A DNA stretch of 64,000 nucleotides from Spirochaetia bacterium (GTDB taxonomy: Bacteria > Spirochaetota > Spirochaetia > DSM-2461). Location: the NCBI GenBank assembly GCA_963668315.1, contig OY764216.1:832001-896000 (forward strand), given 5' to 3'. The notes beneath the pieces were generated by a model. That model was not told the DNA's origin, made no database searches, and saw only the letters and a list, made by a program, of their open reading frames with translations. Positions 9,872-20,610 of the stretch are shown one piece after another. Position 1 is the first letter of the stretch. The number at the start of each line of letters is the position of its first letter. The position numbers and the translations under genes are program-made.

Positions 9872-11197
9872 ATGAAGAAGCAGATTTTAATCATTCTGTT
9901 AGCGGTTTGCCTCGCCTTAACCGCATGGGCCAACGGTTCCGGTGAAGACACATCGGGTCCCGTGACGATTCAGTATGTATTGTGGGATGCCAACCAGCTG
10001 CCCGCCTATGAGCAGTGCGCTCAGGATTTCATGGCGGCCAATCCGGATATCAAAGTGGAAATAACTCAGATGGGCTGGGGAGATTACTGGACCGGCCTGC
10101 AAACCGATATGGTGGGCGGAACGGCAGCCGATGTCTTTACGAACCACCTGGCCAAATACCCCGATTTCGCCGCCAAAGGCCAGCTGGTCGACCTCTCTTC
10201 TTATATCAAAAGGGACAATTTGGACACGTCTATCTATATGAACGGGCTGGACGGACTCTGGGCCACCAAGTCGGGCGAGCGCTACGGCCTTCCCAAAGAC
10301 TGGGACACCATTGCCGTTGTCTACAACCAGGAGATGATCGAAGCCGCCGGATATACCGCCGAAGAGGCCGGCAGCCTGACCTGGAACAGCCGTGACGGCG
10401 GGTCCTTCGAGAAGTTCATCGCCGCCCTTTCCGTTGATGAGAAAGGCAGAAACGGCCTTGACCCCAACTTCGATTCGGAGAACGTGGCCTGCTACGGTCT
10501 GGCCCTCAACCATTTCGACGACCGCGGTCAGGCGCAGTTCAGCCCCATGGCCGTCAGCAATAACTGGATGTATACCGACGGTCTTTACGACAGCAACTAC
10601 CACTTCGACGATCCCAAGTTCATCGATACGATTGAGTGGTTCGTAGGATTGATGGACAAGGGTTTCATGGCCCCCTACGAGATGACCGCCAACGGCGCCA
10701 ACCCCCTCTTTACCTCCCGCCAGGCGGCCACGGTCTTTGACGGCTCCTGGATGATCGGCTACTACTCCTCCAGTTCCGAGTTCCCCGTGGGATTCGCCAA
10801 AATGCCTGCCGGGCCCGACGGTGTGAAAAGCATGACCAATGGTCTCGCCGATTCCATCTGGGTCGGATCGAAGCATAAGGAGCAGGCATGGCAGTGGGTT
10901 AAGTATCTGGCTTCCGCCGAGGCTCAGAACACCGTGGGGACCTTCGGCGTTGTCTTCCCCGCCATCGAGTCGGGAGTTGCGAATGCCCTGGCCGCCTATG
11001 AAGCCAAAGGTCTGGACGTTTCGGCCTTTACCGAAGAAGCGACGACACCGGGAGAGACCTTCGTCTACCCCATCGTTGACAACGGCGTTAAGATCAGCGA
11101 GATAATGACGCAGACTTTCGACAGTATCTTTCTGGGCGTTTCATCTCCCGAAGCGGCGTTGAAAGACGCGAATAAGAGAATCCTCGATCTTTTCTAA
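9872..11197 (+). CDS. Sugar ABC transporter substrate-binding protein (alpha-galactoside, inferred from context)
   Basis: Signal peptide ending 'LTAWANG'; 'YGLPKDWDT'; operon with GH36. Confidence 0.92.
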   Translation: MKKQILIILLAVCLALTAWANGSGEDTSGPVTIQYVLWDANQLPAYEQCAQDFMAANPDIKVEITQMGWGDYWTGLQTDMVGGTAADVFTNHLAKYPDFAAKGQLVDLSSYIKRDNLDTSIYMNGLDGLWATKSGERYGLPKDWDTIAVVYNQEMIEAAGYTAEEAGSLTWNSRDGGSFEKFIAALSVDEKGRNGLDPNFDSENVACYGLALNHFDDRGQAQFSPMAVSNNWMYTDGLYDSNYHFDDPKFIDTIEWFVGLMDKGFMAPYEMTANGANPLFTSRQAATVFDGSWMIGYYSSSSEFPVGFAKMPAGPDGVKSMTNGLADSIWVGSKHKEQAWQWVKYLASAEAQNTVGTFGVVFPAIESGVANALAAYEAKGLDVSAFTEEATTPGETFVYPIVDNGVKISEIMTQTFDSIFLGVSSPEAALKDANKRILDLF

Positions 11198-11216
11198 AAA
11201 AAGGGATATGCTGAGG

Positions 11217-11241
11217 AAGACCAGCCATGGGGCTGGTCTTT
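11217..11241 (+). terminator. Stem-loop after SBP gene
   Basis: AAGACCAGCC-ATGG-GGCTGGTCTT(T), 10-bp stem. Confidence 0.6.
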
Positions 11242-11269
11242 CTGCTAATAGAATAAGGAGATTGACCAA

Positions 11270-13459
11270 ATGAGCATTGAATATATCGATTCGAAAAAAC
11301 TGTTCCACCTTAAGACCCCCGGCTCAAGTTATTTTATAGAGTTGGTAAAAAACCGCTATCTTATCCACCTGGGATGGTTCGGAGCCTTCCGCCAATGGGG
11401 AGGCAGCGGTGACATTCAATATTTCGACCGGTCATTTTCCCCCAACCCCGAAAGACTGGACCGGACTTTCTCCCTGGACAGTATCCCCCTGGAGTACGGT
11501 GTCTGGGGCCGCACGGATCTGAGGGCCCCCGCCCTGCAGGTTCAGTATGCCGACGGAAGCACCTCGGCGGAACTGCTCTACCGGGAACACTCCCTCTTCG
11601 CCGGGAAAAAGCCTCTGGCCGGATTGCCGTCAGTCTATGTGGAAAATGATTCCGAGGCCGATACTCTTGTTATCACCCTGGAGGATGAACTGACCGGGCT
11701 TCTCTGCGATCTGACCTATACGGTCTTCCGGGACCGGGACGTGATCAGCCGCCATGTCCGCTTGAGAAACGAAGGAAAGGAGAAGGTTCGTATAAAGAAG
11801 ATCATGAGCCTCTGCGTGGATTTTGATTCGTCCGATTACCGTATGCTCCAGCTTTCCGGAGCCCATAACCGGGAGCGCCATATCCATATGCGCCCTCTTT
11901 TTCCCGGGACCCAGTCGGTGGAGAGCCGGCGGGGAACGAGCAGCCATCAGCAGAACCCGTTTTTGGCCCTGGTGTCCGGGGACGCCGGAGAGGATTACGG
12001 AACGGTTTTCGGTTTCAGCTTGGTTTACAGCGGCAATTTTCTGGCTTCCGTTGATGTGGACCAGTTCGACTCGACCCGGGTTCTGATGGGCATAAACCCT
12101 TTCGATTTCGAATGGAACCTGGAACCGGGTGAGGAGTTTCAAACCCCCGAGGCGGTGATGGTAAGGAGCGATGAGGGGCTGGGCGGTATGTCGCGCACCT
12201 ATCACGATCTCTATAAAACCCGCCTGTGTCGGGGAACATACCGCGACAAGGCCCGCCCCATACTCATCAATAACTGGGAAGCCACCTATTTTGACTTTGA
12301 TTCGGAAACGATTTTGAATCTGGCCGGGGAAGCCAGCCGGCTCGGCATCGAGCTCTTTGTTCTGGATGACGGCTGGTTCGGCGAGAGGGATGACGATTTA
12401 ACCTCCCTGGGCGACTGGTTTCCCCACGGCAAAAAACTTCCCGGGGGAATCAAGCCTCTGGCCGACGGAATAATAGCCAAGGGGATGAAATTCGGTATCT
12501 GGTTCGAGCCGGAGATGATTTCCGAGAAGAGCCGCCTTTACGAAAGCCATCCCGAATGGTGTATCCAGGTGAAGGGCAGAAAGCTCTCTTCGGGACGGTC
12601 TCAGCTGATTCTGGATTATACCCGCTCCGACGTGCGGGATTATATCGTCGAGACCCTTTCTTCCCATTTGAGGGATAACCCCATCTCCTATGTGAAATGG
12701 GATATGAACCGCCATTTTACCGAAGTGGGCTCTCTGGAGCTGCCGGCGGAAAGGCAGAGGGAGACGGCCCACCGCTTTGTCCTGGGACTTTATGATGTGC
12801 TGGAACGGCTTACATCGGCCTTTCCCGATGTGCTTTTCGAAAGCTGCTCCGGCGGGGGCGGACGGTTTGATCCGGGCATGCTCTACTACATGCCCCAGAC
12901 CTGGACCAGCGATAATACCGATGCCGTTTCCCGTCTGGCTGTCCAGTCGGGAACCGCCATGGTCTATCCCCCCCTGACCATGGGCTCCCACGTTTCGGCC
13001 GTGCCCAACCACCAGACGGGCCGGACGATTTCGCTGAAAACGCGGGGCGCCGTGGCCATGGGCGGCAATTTCGGTTATGAACTAAATCTTCTGGACCTGG
13101 GGGATGAGGAAAAGGAGGGGATCCGCCGGCAGATAGAGACCTATAAAAAACGCCGATTCCTCACCGTGGAGGGTCTTCATTACCGCCTGATTGATCCCTG
13201 GAAAAACACGGACCGCTACGCATGGATGACCGTGTCCCGGGATAAGAAGGATGCTCTGGCCGTCTTTGTTTCGGTCCATACCGAATCAAATCACCCCTAT
13301 GGGACTCTCAGGCTGAAAGGTCTGGACAGGGACCTCAGCTATTCGGTAAACGGACTCGGCAGGTTCGGCGGCGATGAGCTGATGGAGGCGGGCGTCAAGC
13401 TGCCCTATCCCCTGGGCGAGGCGGAAGCCCATGAGTTCTATCTGAAGGCCGTGGAATAA
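11270..13459 (+). CDS. Alpha-galactosidase, glycoside hydrolase family 36
   Basis: GH36 motifs 'NNWEATYFDF', 'LFVLDDGWFG', 'FGIWFEPEM', 'YVKWDMNR', 'CSGGGGRFD', 'WTSDNTDA'. Confidence 0.97.
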   Translation: MSIEYIDSKKLFHLKTPGSSYFIELVKNRYLIHLGWFGAFRQWGGSGDIQYFDRSFSPNPERLDRTFSLDSIPLEYGVWGRTDLRAPALQVQYADGSTSAELLYREHSLFAGKKPLAGLPSVYVENDSEADTLVITLEDELTGLLCDLTYTVFRDRDVISRHVRLRNEGKEKVRIKKIMSLCVDFDSSDYRMLQLSGAHNRERHIHMRPLFPGTQSVESRRGTSSHQQNPFLALVSGDAGEDYGTVFGFSLVYSGNFLASVDVDQFDSTRVLMGINPFDFEWNLEPGEEFQTPEAVMVRSDEGLGGMSRTYHDLYKTRLCRGTYRDKARPILINNWEATYFDFDSETILNLAGEASRLGIELFVLDDGWFGERDDDLTSLGDWFPHGKKLPGGIKPLADGIIAKGMKFGIWFEPEMISEKSRLYESHPEWCIQVKGRKLSSGRSQLILDYTRSDVRDYIVETLSSHLRDNPISYVKWDMNRHFTEVGSLELPAERQRETAHRFVLGLYDVLERLTSAFPDVLFESCSGGGGRFDPGMLYYMPQTWTSDNTDAVSRLAVQSGTAMVYPPLTMGSHVSAVPNHQTGRTISLKTRGAVAMGGNFGYELNLLDLGDEEKEGIRRQIETYKKRRFLTVEGLHYRLIDPWKNTDRYAWMTVSRDKKDALAVFVSVHTESNHPYGTLRLKGLDRDLSYSVNGLGRFGGDELMEAGVKLPYPLGEAEAHEFYLKAVE

Positions 13460-13499
13460 CGCTCTTGCCAATAGGCCCGGCGGCAGGTATCATGGCTCC

Positions 13500-14441
13500 A
13501 TGGAACTGATTGAAAATATCCGCCGGAACCTGGAATCCCTGTCTCTGCCCCTGACGGAGCAGGGCCTTCCCGGCGAGCCCTGCCGTTTGCTTATGCTTCC
13601 CGGCGTTCTGAATCTGGATTACTATCCGCCCCTCCTTTTCATGACTACCTACCGGCCTTTCTGCGGCTGTGAGCTGGATGAATCGATTGAAGCGCTCAGT
13701 CTGGCTTACCCAACGTGCGGCCTTCTTGTTCAGGACCGCTCCTCCCGTCCCTATCAGGTCCTTCTGGAAAAGGGGGATATTCCCGAGGAATTCGTCATCA
13801 CAGAAGGGGGGCTGGAGTTTTACCTGCAGCCCCGCAGGGGGCAGAACCCCGGATTCTTTATCGACATGCGGGACGGACGCAGCCTGATAAGAACGATTGT
13901 GGCCGGGCGGGAGGAGGAGTCCGTTTCGGTCCTGAATCTCTTTGCCTATACCTGTTCCCTCTCTGTTACGGCACTGGCGGCCGGGGCGGAAAAGGTCGTG
14001 AACATCGACATGAATAAGAACTCCCTGAACCTGGGAAAAAGAAATCACCGGCTCAATCACAGCCGTATTCCCGGGGGCTTTACGAATCAGGCCCAGTTCC
14101 TGGCGCACGATATTTTCAAATCCTTCGGCAAACTGCGCCGAGAAGGGCCCTACTCCCTTATCATCGCCGATCCGCCTCCCAGCCAGAAGGGGAGTTTTGA
14201 TCTGAAAAAGGACTATCCCCGGCTGCTCCGGAAACTCCCCGAAATGCTGAAGCCCGACGGCGAGATGATCCTGACCCTGAATTCCCCCGAATCCGATTGG
14301 GACGATTTTGAAGCCCTGGTTTCCCCGTGTCTGCCGGAAGATTTCGGGACGGAGCGTGTTCAGCCCCCCGCGGACTTCATGCCCCGGGATGAGGGGAGGG
14401 GGCTGAAGCTGCTCCGCGTCAGGAGGAATCGGGACAACTAA
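13500..14441 (+). CDS. Class I SAM-dependent methyltransferase (RlmI/RlmK-like)
   Basis: 'QNPGFFIDMR', 'VLNLFAYTCSLSV', 'IIADPPP'. Confidence 0.85.
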   Translation: MELIENIRRNLESLSLPLTEQGLPGEPCRLLMLPGVLNLDYYPPLLFMTTYRPFCGCELDESIEALSLAYPTCGLLVQDRSSRPYQVLLEKGDIPEEFVITEGGLEFYLQPRRGQNPGFFIDMRDGRSLIRTIVAGREEESVSVLNLFAYTCSLSVTALAAGAEKVVNIDMNKNSLNLGKRNHRLNHSRIPGGFTNQAQFLAHDIFKSFGKLRREGPYSLIIADPPPSQKGSFDLKKDYPRLLRKLPEMLKPDGEMILTLNSPESDWDDFEALVSPCLPEDFGTERVQPPADFMPRDEGRGLKLLRVRRNRDN

Positions 14442-14492
14442 CCCTGGACAAAGGACTATCCCGTGTTATTATTTTAACAGGGAGAAGGAAAT

Positions 14493-15233
14493 ATGGATTT
14501 TTCAGGGAAAAGTGTAATCGTAACCGGGGGTGGAACGGGCGTCGGACGTGCCGTTAGCCTGTTATTGGCCCGGAAGGGGGCATCGGTGGCCGTTGTCTAT
14601 TCAAAGAGCCGGGAGGAAGCGGAGGGGACTGTCCGTGATATTGCCGGCCAGGGAGGCAGGGGCATTGCCCTTAAGGCCGATGTGGCCGACGACGGTCAGG
14701 TCAGGCGCATGGTGGATACCGTGGCGGAGACGTTCGGCTCTGTCGATTTTCTGGTGAATAATGCGGGCATCACGCGGAAACTCCCCTTTGAAGATCTGGA
14801 ACTGATCACCGATGAACTGTGGAGTCTTCTCTTCTCGGTCAATGTGCAGGGGGCGTTTCACTGCGCCCGGGCCGCCGCTCCCCATATGAGAAAAGCCGGC
14901 GGCGGTGGCATTGTCAATATCGGGAGCACCGCCGGTCTGACCGGCCGCGGTTCTTGCCTGGCCTATGCAGTCTCGAAATCGGCCGTGCATGGGCTGACCA
15001 AATCCCTGGCCCACGCCCTCTGTCCGGAAATACGGGTGAATTGCGTCGTGCCCGGCGGGATCGATACCCGGTGGTGGGGAGATGACGAGGCTGCCAAGAA
15101 AGCCGTTGCGGAAAGCCTGCCCCTGGGACGTATTGCTCCGCCCGAAGATATTGCCGAGCTGGTTCTGGCCCTTCTGGCGAACCGTTCCATGACGGGAAAA
15201 TTCGTAGTGGCCGACAACGGACAGACTCTGTAG
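14493..15233 (+). CDS. SDR-family NAD(P)-dependent oxidoreductase
   Basis: TGGGTGVG, NNAG, YAVSK catalytic motif. Confidence 0.95.
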   Translation: MDFSGKSVIVTGGGTGVGRAVSLLLARKGASVAVVYSKSREEAEGTVRDIAGQGGRGIALKADVADDGQVRRMVDTVAETFGSVDFLVNNAGITRKLPFEDLELITDELWSLLFSVNVQGAFHCARAAAPHMRKAGGGGIVNIGSTAGLTGRGSCLAYAVSKSAVHGLTKSLAHALCPEIRVNCVVPGGIDTRWWGDDEAAKKAVAESLPLGRIAPPEDIAELVLALLANRSMTGKFVVADNGQTL

Positions 15234-15260
15234 TCAGATCCGGCAGCTATCCTTTTTTTC

Positions 15261-15935
15261 TCAGCAGAGGGCCGGGGCGTAGACGATATTTTTCTCTTCC
15301 AGAACCCGTTCCAGATAGAAGACGGTTCTGTCCACGAAATCTTCCATCTCCTGGAGGCTGAGAAAGGTGTACTCCCTTTCCAGGTCTTCCGGCGGATGGG
15401 AATAGAAGTCATAGATGAATTTCACCTGTCTGGTGATGGCTCCCCGGGGGAAGTAGGCCAGGTAGTTGGGGAAACTCTTAACCCTGGGGAAAATCTTGAA
15501 CAGCAGGCTGTCCCGGTGGTCCCTGAAGTAGAGATGATCCAGGTCGTACCAGTCTTTTTTAATCGTCCTTATAAACGTCCGGTCCTTTCGAAGCGGATAG
15601 TAACGGATATCCCTGACCCGTTTTCTGTCAATCAGCTTTTTCCACTCCCTGTCGACAAGAAGATGGATATAGTAGCCGATGAGAAAGGAGCGTTTCTCCC
15701 TGTCTCCCACCCTGTCGGAAAGGTAGGTGTCATAGAACCGGTCGGGATAAATCTTCCCGATTCCCCTGTCTATCCAGTGTGAAATGCGTTTCGGAGGGGT
15801 GAACTGGGACCAATCGCTGTTGGGTTCTCCGCAGTCCGGCCCTATGTTTCCCACAAGGAATTTTTCGTAGTCCAGGTCGTAGTCTTTATTCAGTAATTCC
15901 TCAGCCACTCTTATGTGTAAGCCCCAGGTAGCCAT
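15261..15935 (-). CDS. Zinc-dependent phospholipase C-like family protein
   Basis: 'MATWGLH', 'GNIGPD', 'SHW', 'GYYIHLLVD' metal-ligand pattern. Confidence 0.75.
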   Translation of the reverse strand: MATWGLHIRVAEELLNKDYDLDYEKFLVGNIGPDCGEPNSDWSQFTPPKRISHWIDRGIGKIYPDRFYDTYLSDRVGDREKRSFLIGYYIHLLVDREWKKLIDRKRVRDIRYYPLRKDRTFIRTIKKDWYDLDHLYFRDHRDSLLFKIFPRVKSFPNYLAYFPRGAITRQVKFIYDFYSHPPEDLEREYTFLSLQEMEDFVDRTVFYLERVLEEKNIVYAPALC

Positions 15936-16072
15936 GAATAATTTCTCCCAAGATCTTTTGGACCTTAATATAGCGCCCTTTTAAATAATAAACAGAATAT
16001 AATTTAATTTTAACAATTCTGCCGTCGGTCTGGCAGCCGGCCCTCTTTTCTGAGAGTACCGGCCGGAGCATC

Positions 16073-18970
16073 CTAAAGACGGATTTCATAGGGAACGGCG
16101 GAGATTTCCTTCTCATAGCCTGCTATGTCTGCTCCCTTAAGCATGCGCCTCTTCTGGAAGTCATCGGTTTTTTCAAGAAGATCCCGAATACTGTAGGGAA
16201 ACTTAAAGCCAAGGGCTTCTTCCGCATCGCTGACGAAATGGGGAAAGTATTTCAAAAGAATCTTCCGTGTTTCCTCCCTTTTTTTCAGCTCCCAGAGAGG
16301 CGTATCAAGGTCATATTCAAGTTTCAACGGCGCTGAGCTGCTCCAGGTAATCCTGTACTCTCCGGCGGCAAGGATAAGTTCCGCACCCTCTTCCTTCCCG
16401 AAGGACCATGCCGGAGCCTCTCCCCCTTCTACGGTTTCGGGCAGGGCCTTATCCAGTATAAGCCGGGCCTCCGAATTGAAGGGAACGGTGATCTCCATCG
16501 CCGGATTCCCCTTCTCGTCCAGTTCCCAGCGGGTGCGGATCATCCCCATGGGTGATGAGAGTGATGCTTCGGCAAAGGAGAATTTCCCGCAGATTTCCGG
16601 GCGGATGATGAATTTCTTGAATCCTGGTTCATCTTCGAGGGGCTTCAAGCCGCAGAGATTCCTGTACATCCACTCCACGATGGAGCCGTAGGAGTAGTGA
16701 TTCAGGGAGTTCATGCCCGTTCCCGAGATCTTCCCGTCGGGAAGGATGGAGTTCCACCTCTCCCAGATCGTGGTCGCCCCCATAAGTACTTCATAGAGCC
16801 AGCTGGGATAATCCTCCTGGAAGAACAGCTGGCAGGCCTCAGTGGATGCCCCGTGATCGGAAAGAGTCCGGCAGAGATAGGGCGTTCCGATGAATCCGGT
16901 TTTCAGATGCATCTTGTTGGCCTTGAGAAGAGCCGTCAGGTCGCTGAGAACCCTCTCCTTTACCGGTTCATCCACCAGATCGAAGTGAAGGGCCACGACA
17001 TGGGCTGTTTGCGTTCCGATGGCGGAGCGGCCGGATTTGGTGAAATATTCATTCTGGATGGCTTTTTTTACCGCTTCGGAGCGTTCGGCGTAATAGCGGG
17101 CGTCATCATCCTTGCCGAGAACCCGGGCGGCCTTTGCCAGGATGTTGGTGGAAAGCCGGTAATAGGCCGATGCGAGAAGGCCATGGTCCGTGCCTCCCAT
17201 GACGCCCCCTTCCACGGGGCCGTCGAGGGCCAGCCAGTCGCCAAACTGGAAACCGACGGTCCACAGGTTATGGCCGCCCTCGGATTTATCCCGGGAGATA
17301 ATCCAGTCCACCCAGTCCTTCATGCTCGGGTACTGCCTTTTCAAAATGGCCGGATCGCCGGTGTGCAGGTAGACCTCCCAGGGAATGACGGTGGCCGCAT
17401 CGGACCAGGCGCAGGCTCCACCGGCGATGAAGCTGGATTCGGTCGTCTTATTCTGATTGAAGGTAGGTACCGTGCTGGCCACCATGCCTCCGGCGAACTT
17501 CTGCTCCTCGTAGAGATCGCGCATAAATTTTGAGTAAAAGGCGTAGGTGTCCATGTTGAAGCTGGCCGTTCCGCAGAAAACTTCGGCGTCACCGGTCCAG
17601 CCCATTCTCTCGTCCCTCTGGGGACAGTCGGTGGGAACATCGAGGAAATTGTCCTTCTGACTCCAGAAGGCGTTCTGGAAGAGTCTGTTGACCAGGGGAT
17701 CGGACGTTTTGATATCCCCGATGGTTTCCAGGTCGGAATAGACGACGCAGCCCGTGAAATCATCAGGATTTATCGGGCCGGTAAAACCCTCCAGTTTGAC
17801 ATAGCGGAATCCGTAAAAGGTAAAATGCGGTTCCACCACACGCTCCGCACCATCGGAAATGCAGGTGTACTGCGCTTTGGCCGATCTCAGATTGTCCCGG
17901 TAGAAACAGTCGTCCTGGAGAACTTCGCCATGGGAAAGGACCACCCTGGCGCCTTGGGGCTCCTTCATCCTGAAGCGGAGCCATCCGACCATATTCTGAC
18001 CCATGTCCAGGACCAGCTCGCCCTTAGGGGTTTTCAATAGTTTTACCGGCTTCAGCTCTTCCTTGATGATGACGGGAGGAGACATGCGGTCCACCACAGG
18101 GCCCAGTCCTTCGGGGGTATAGGAAGAGACCGATTCCCACCCTTCACCGCTGTCTTCCGGTTCGGACCACCCCTTAAGGATAAGATTCGCATCGAATATC
18201 TCCCCGTCGTAAAGGGAATCTTCCAGAATAGGTGAACGGTGGCTTTGCCAGCTGTTATCTGTGATGATGACTTCCTCCGAACCGTCCTCGCAGGTGATAT
18301 GCAGTTCACAGAGCAGGGCGAAATCATGCATGTAGGGAGTATTCAATTCGCCGAAGGTTCCGAAGGGCCCCTTGGCCCATCCGTTGCCCAGCATAACGCC
18401 CACGACATTCTCACCCTTAGCCAGGGCATGGGTAATGTCGTAGGTCTGGTATTGAAGCCAGGCGTCGTAGGCATTGCAGTAGGGCGTCAGCCGCTCTTCG
18501 CCGATTCTTTTCCCGTTGATTTCCATCTCATATAGTCCCAGGCCGATAATGTAAGCCCTGGCTTTTGTTATTCTTTTTTCCAGGGTAAAGTTCTTTCTCA
18601 TATAGGGGCTGACAGAGGCGTCTTCGGCTTTGATCCAGCCGGCCTGCCAGGGTTCGGTCATTTTTCCCGTTTCAAAGAAGTTCACTTCGGAGAGGGCTTT
18701 GTCCCTGTCTCCTTCCACCTCCACCTGCCAGAAATATTCCGTCCGGGGCTTCAGTTCGAGGGCGGTTTCAAATCCCCGGTTATCCAGGGCTTTGCGGAAT
18801 CCCGTATCCATGAGGATATTCTTCATTTCCCTGTCGGATGCCACGGTCAGGCGGGCCTGTTGCTGGGTTTTTGACAGGGACTCTTCTACGGCCCAGGAAA
18901 ATACGGTTCTTTCCATGTCAAATCCGACGGGACTGACGAGATGATTGGTTTTACACCGGGTGATTTTCAT
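16073..18970 (-). CDS. Alpha-L-rhamnosidase, glycoside hydrolase family 78
   Basis: 'DMGQNMVGW', 'PTDCPQRDERMGWTGD', 'GATTIWERW', 'SLNHYSYG'; start MKITRCK with AAGGAG RBS. Confidence 0.96.
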   Translation of the reverse strand: MKITRCKTNHLVSPVGFDMERTVFSWAVEESLSKTQQQARLTVASDREMKNILMDTGFRKALDNRGFETALELKPRTEYFWQVEVEGDRDKALSEVNFFETGKMTEPWQAGWIKAEDASVSPYMRKNFTLEKRITKARAYIIGLGLYEMEINGKRIGEERLTPYCNAYDAWLQYQTYDITHALAKGENVVGVMLGNGWAKGPFGTFGELNTPYMHDFALLCELHITCEDGSEEVIITDNSWQSHRSPILEDSLYDGEIFDANLILKGWSEPEDSGEGWESVSSYTPEGLGPVVDRMSPPVIIKEELKPVKLLKTPKGELVLDMGQNMVGWLRFRMKEPQGARVVLSHGEVLQDDCFYRDNLRSAKAQYTCISDGAERVVEPHFTFYGFRYVKLEGFTGPINPDDFTGCVVYSDLETIGDIKTSDPLVNRLFQNAFWSQKDNFLDVPTDCPQRDERMGWTGDAEVFCGTASFNMDTYAFYSKFMRDLYEEQKFAGGMVASTVPTFNQNKTTESSFIAGGACAWSDAATVIPWEVYLHTGDPAILKRQYPSMKDWVDWIISRDKSEGGHNLWTVGFQFGDWLALDGPVEGGVMGGTDHGLLASAYYRLSTNILAKAARVLGKDDDARYYAERSEAVKKAIQNEYFTKSGRSAIGTQTAHVVALHFDLVDEPVKERVLSDLTALLKANKMHLKTGFIGTPYLCRTLSDHGASTEACQLFFQEDYPSWLYEVLMGATTIWERWNSILPDGKISGTGMNSLNHYSYGSIVEWMYRNLCGLKPLEDEPGFKKFIIRPEICGKFSFAEASLSSPMGMIRTRWELDEKGNPAMEITVPFNSEARLILDKALPETVEGGEAPAWSFGKEEGAELILAAGEYRITWSSSAPLKLEYDLDTPLWELKKREETRKILLKYFPHFVSDAEEALGFKFPYSIRDLLEKTDDFQKRRMLKGADIAGYEKEISAVPYEIRL

Positions 18971-19167
18971 AAAATACTCCTTGATAGGGCAGGGGGGCGC
19001 CCTGAATGTCTTCCCTTCCGAAACCTTACCTGAACATAATGGATGCAAGAAGCCTTATCGTGAACTTCAGATTCGCTTATAAAAGGTAATGTTTTGATAT
19101 ATTATAGGACAGCCTTCTTTATCGGGAAATGTTTTTACGGAATTTGTTAGTGTTGCGAGGTAAGAAA

Positions 19168-20127
19168 ATGGATGACCATCTTCTCGAGAAAATTACACGT
19201 CACAGTCAAAGGGAAAACCTCTTCTTCCGGGAGAAGAAAGGAGAGGATAAGGGGAGAAGAGGGGATATTTCTCAGCCGGTCTGTCTCTCGGCGGACTATT
19301 TTCTGCCCCATGAGGAACCGGTCTTTATCTCTGTTCACAGGGATGATTCAAACAAAAATGTTCACTACCATGATTTTTTTGAGATCAACTATGTGATCCG
19401 GGGCCGTCCGGTGGGGATCATCGACGGCTATGAGATACAGTTCGGGCAGGGGAATCTACTCCTGATGAATCCCAATGCGGTCCATTTCTACAGGAAATAC
19501 CGGGACGGGGAGGATGTGATTCTGAATATCGTCCTCCCCGTCGAGACTTTCCGGAAAACCGTCTATCTCCCCCTGCTCTCCGATAAGTCTCTGAATGCCT
19601 TCTTTATCCGTTATAAGGTGGAAAACCAGAAAAGGTCCTCCTCGATCTTCCTGCCTGAAGTAAGCGATGTACTGGAACAGGTCATCGAGATGCTTATTCG
19701 TGAGTATCTCGAAAAAAAGAGTTTCGGTCCCGTTATCATCGAGTCGCTGATAACCCTTCTCTTTTCCCATATCCTCAGGGATTACGGCGCCTCACCTGTG
19801 GTCAAAGAGAGTCCGGTGAATGATATTCTCAATTATATCTACCGCCATTACAATCAGTGCGGACTGAACGATCTGGCCGACAAGTTCGGCTATCACCCCA
19901 AGTATCTTTCTTCCCTGATCCGCAGGCATACGGGAAGGAGTTACCGGCAGCTGCTGGTGGATATCCGTCTGCAGAATGCGGCCCAGTATCTTCTCCATTC
20001 GGACAGGACAATCGATGAGGTATTCGAAGTTATCGGGTATCAGGACAAGAGTAGTTTTTACCAGAGCTTCAAAAAGCAGTTCGGCCTCAGCCCCGGACGG
20101 TACCGGGAGGAGAACAGGATTACCTGA
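19168..20127 (+). CDS. AraC-family regulator with cupin sensor
   Basis: 'HYHDFFEINYV'; C-terminal HTH 'GYQDKSSFYQSFKKQFGLSPGRYR'; divergent from GH78. Confidence 0.93.
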   Translation: MDDHLLEKITRHSQRENLFFREKKGEDKGRRGDISQPVCLSADYFLPHEEPVFISVHRDDSNKNVHYHDFFEINYVIRGRPVGIIDGYEIQFGQGNLLLMNPNAVHFYRKYRDGEDVILNIVLPVETFRKTVYLPLLSDKSLNAFFIRYKVENQKRSSSIFLPEVSDVLEQVIEMLIREYLEKKSFGPVIIESLITLLFSHILRDYGASPVVKESPVNDILNYIYRHYNQCGLNDLADKFGYHPKYLSSLIRRHTGRSYRQLLVDIRLQNAAQYLLHSDRTIDEVFEVIGYQDKSSFYQSFKKQFGLSPGRYREENRIT

Positions 20128-20133
20128 GAAGGT

Positions 20134-20610
20134 TTACCGCCATTGATAGGAGACGGGAAACCGGTTGTTCAGCCGTTCCAGCAATTCCGCCGTATGCTGC
20201 TGAAAATGGCGCAGATTGGTCATGTGAAATTCCAGCTGATTCTGATGATACCAGGAGGGCCAGCAGGGTTCCTCCGGAGCGAAGGATTCCATATAGGCGG
20301 GAAGGGAATCCCTTATGTGATTTAGGAATTCAACCATTTCCCCGCGGGTGTAGATCTTTTCAAACACATACTCGACGGCGGAGGGGATTTTGCGTAAATC
20401 ATGATAATCTTCCTTTTCCCCGGGCCAATTCCTGATGGCCGATTCTGAGGGACTTAAGTAGATATTCGTGTAGAAAAGGCCATGATAGCAAACCTGCCAG
20501 GCGGGATTCTGGTAGGATCGGTCCATCCAGAGAGTGTCATCGTAGAGATTAATGCACTCTTCCATCATGGCCGCTGCTTTTCCGTACTGACTGATGATTT
20601 CCCTTTTCAT
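20134..20610 (-). CDS. DinB-family protein
   Basis: 'WQVCYHGLFY' and 'NLRHFQQHTAEL' His pattern; ATGA overlap with upstream gene. Confidence 0.75.
   Translation of the reverse strand: MKREIISQYGKAAAMMEECINLYDDTLWMDRSYQNPAWQVCYHGLFYTNIYLSPSESAIRNWPGEKEDYHDLRKIPSAVEYVFEKIYTRGEMVEFLNHIRDSLPAYMESFAPEEPCWPSWYHQNQLEFHMTNLRHFQQHTAELLERLNNRFPVSYQWR

Noticed and set aside
19021..19080. CTTAT repeats upstream of GH78 as AraC sites
   Set aside because: Too short and degenerate to distinguish from chance.
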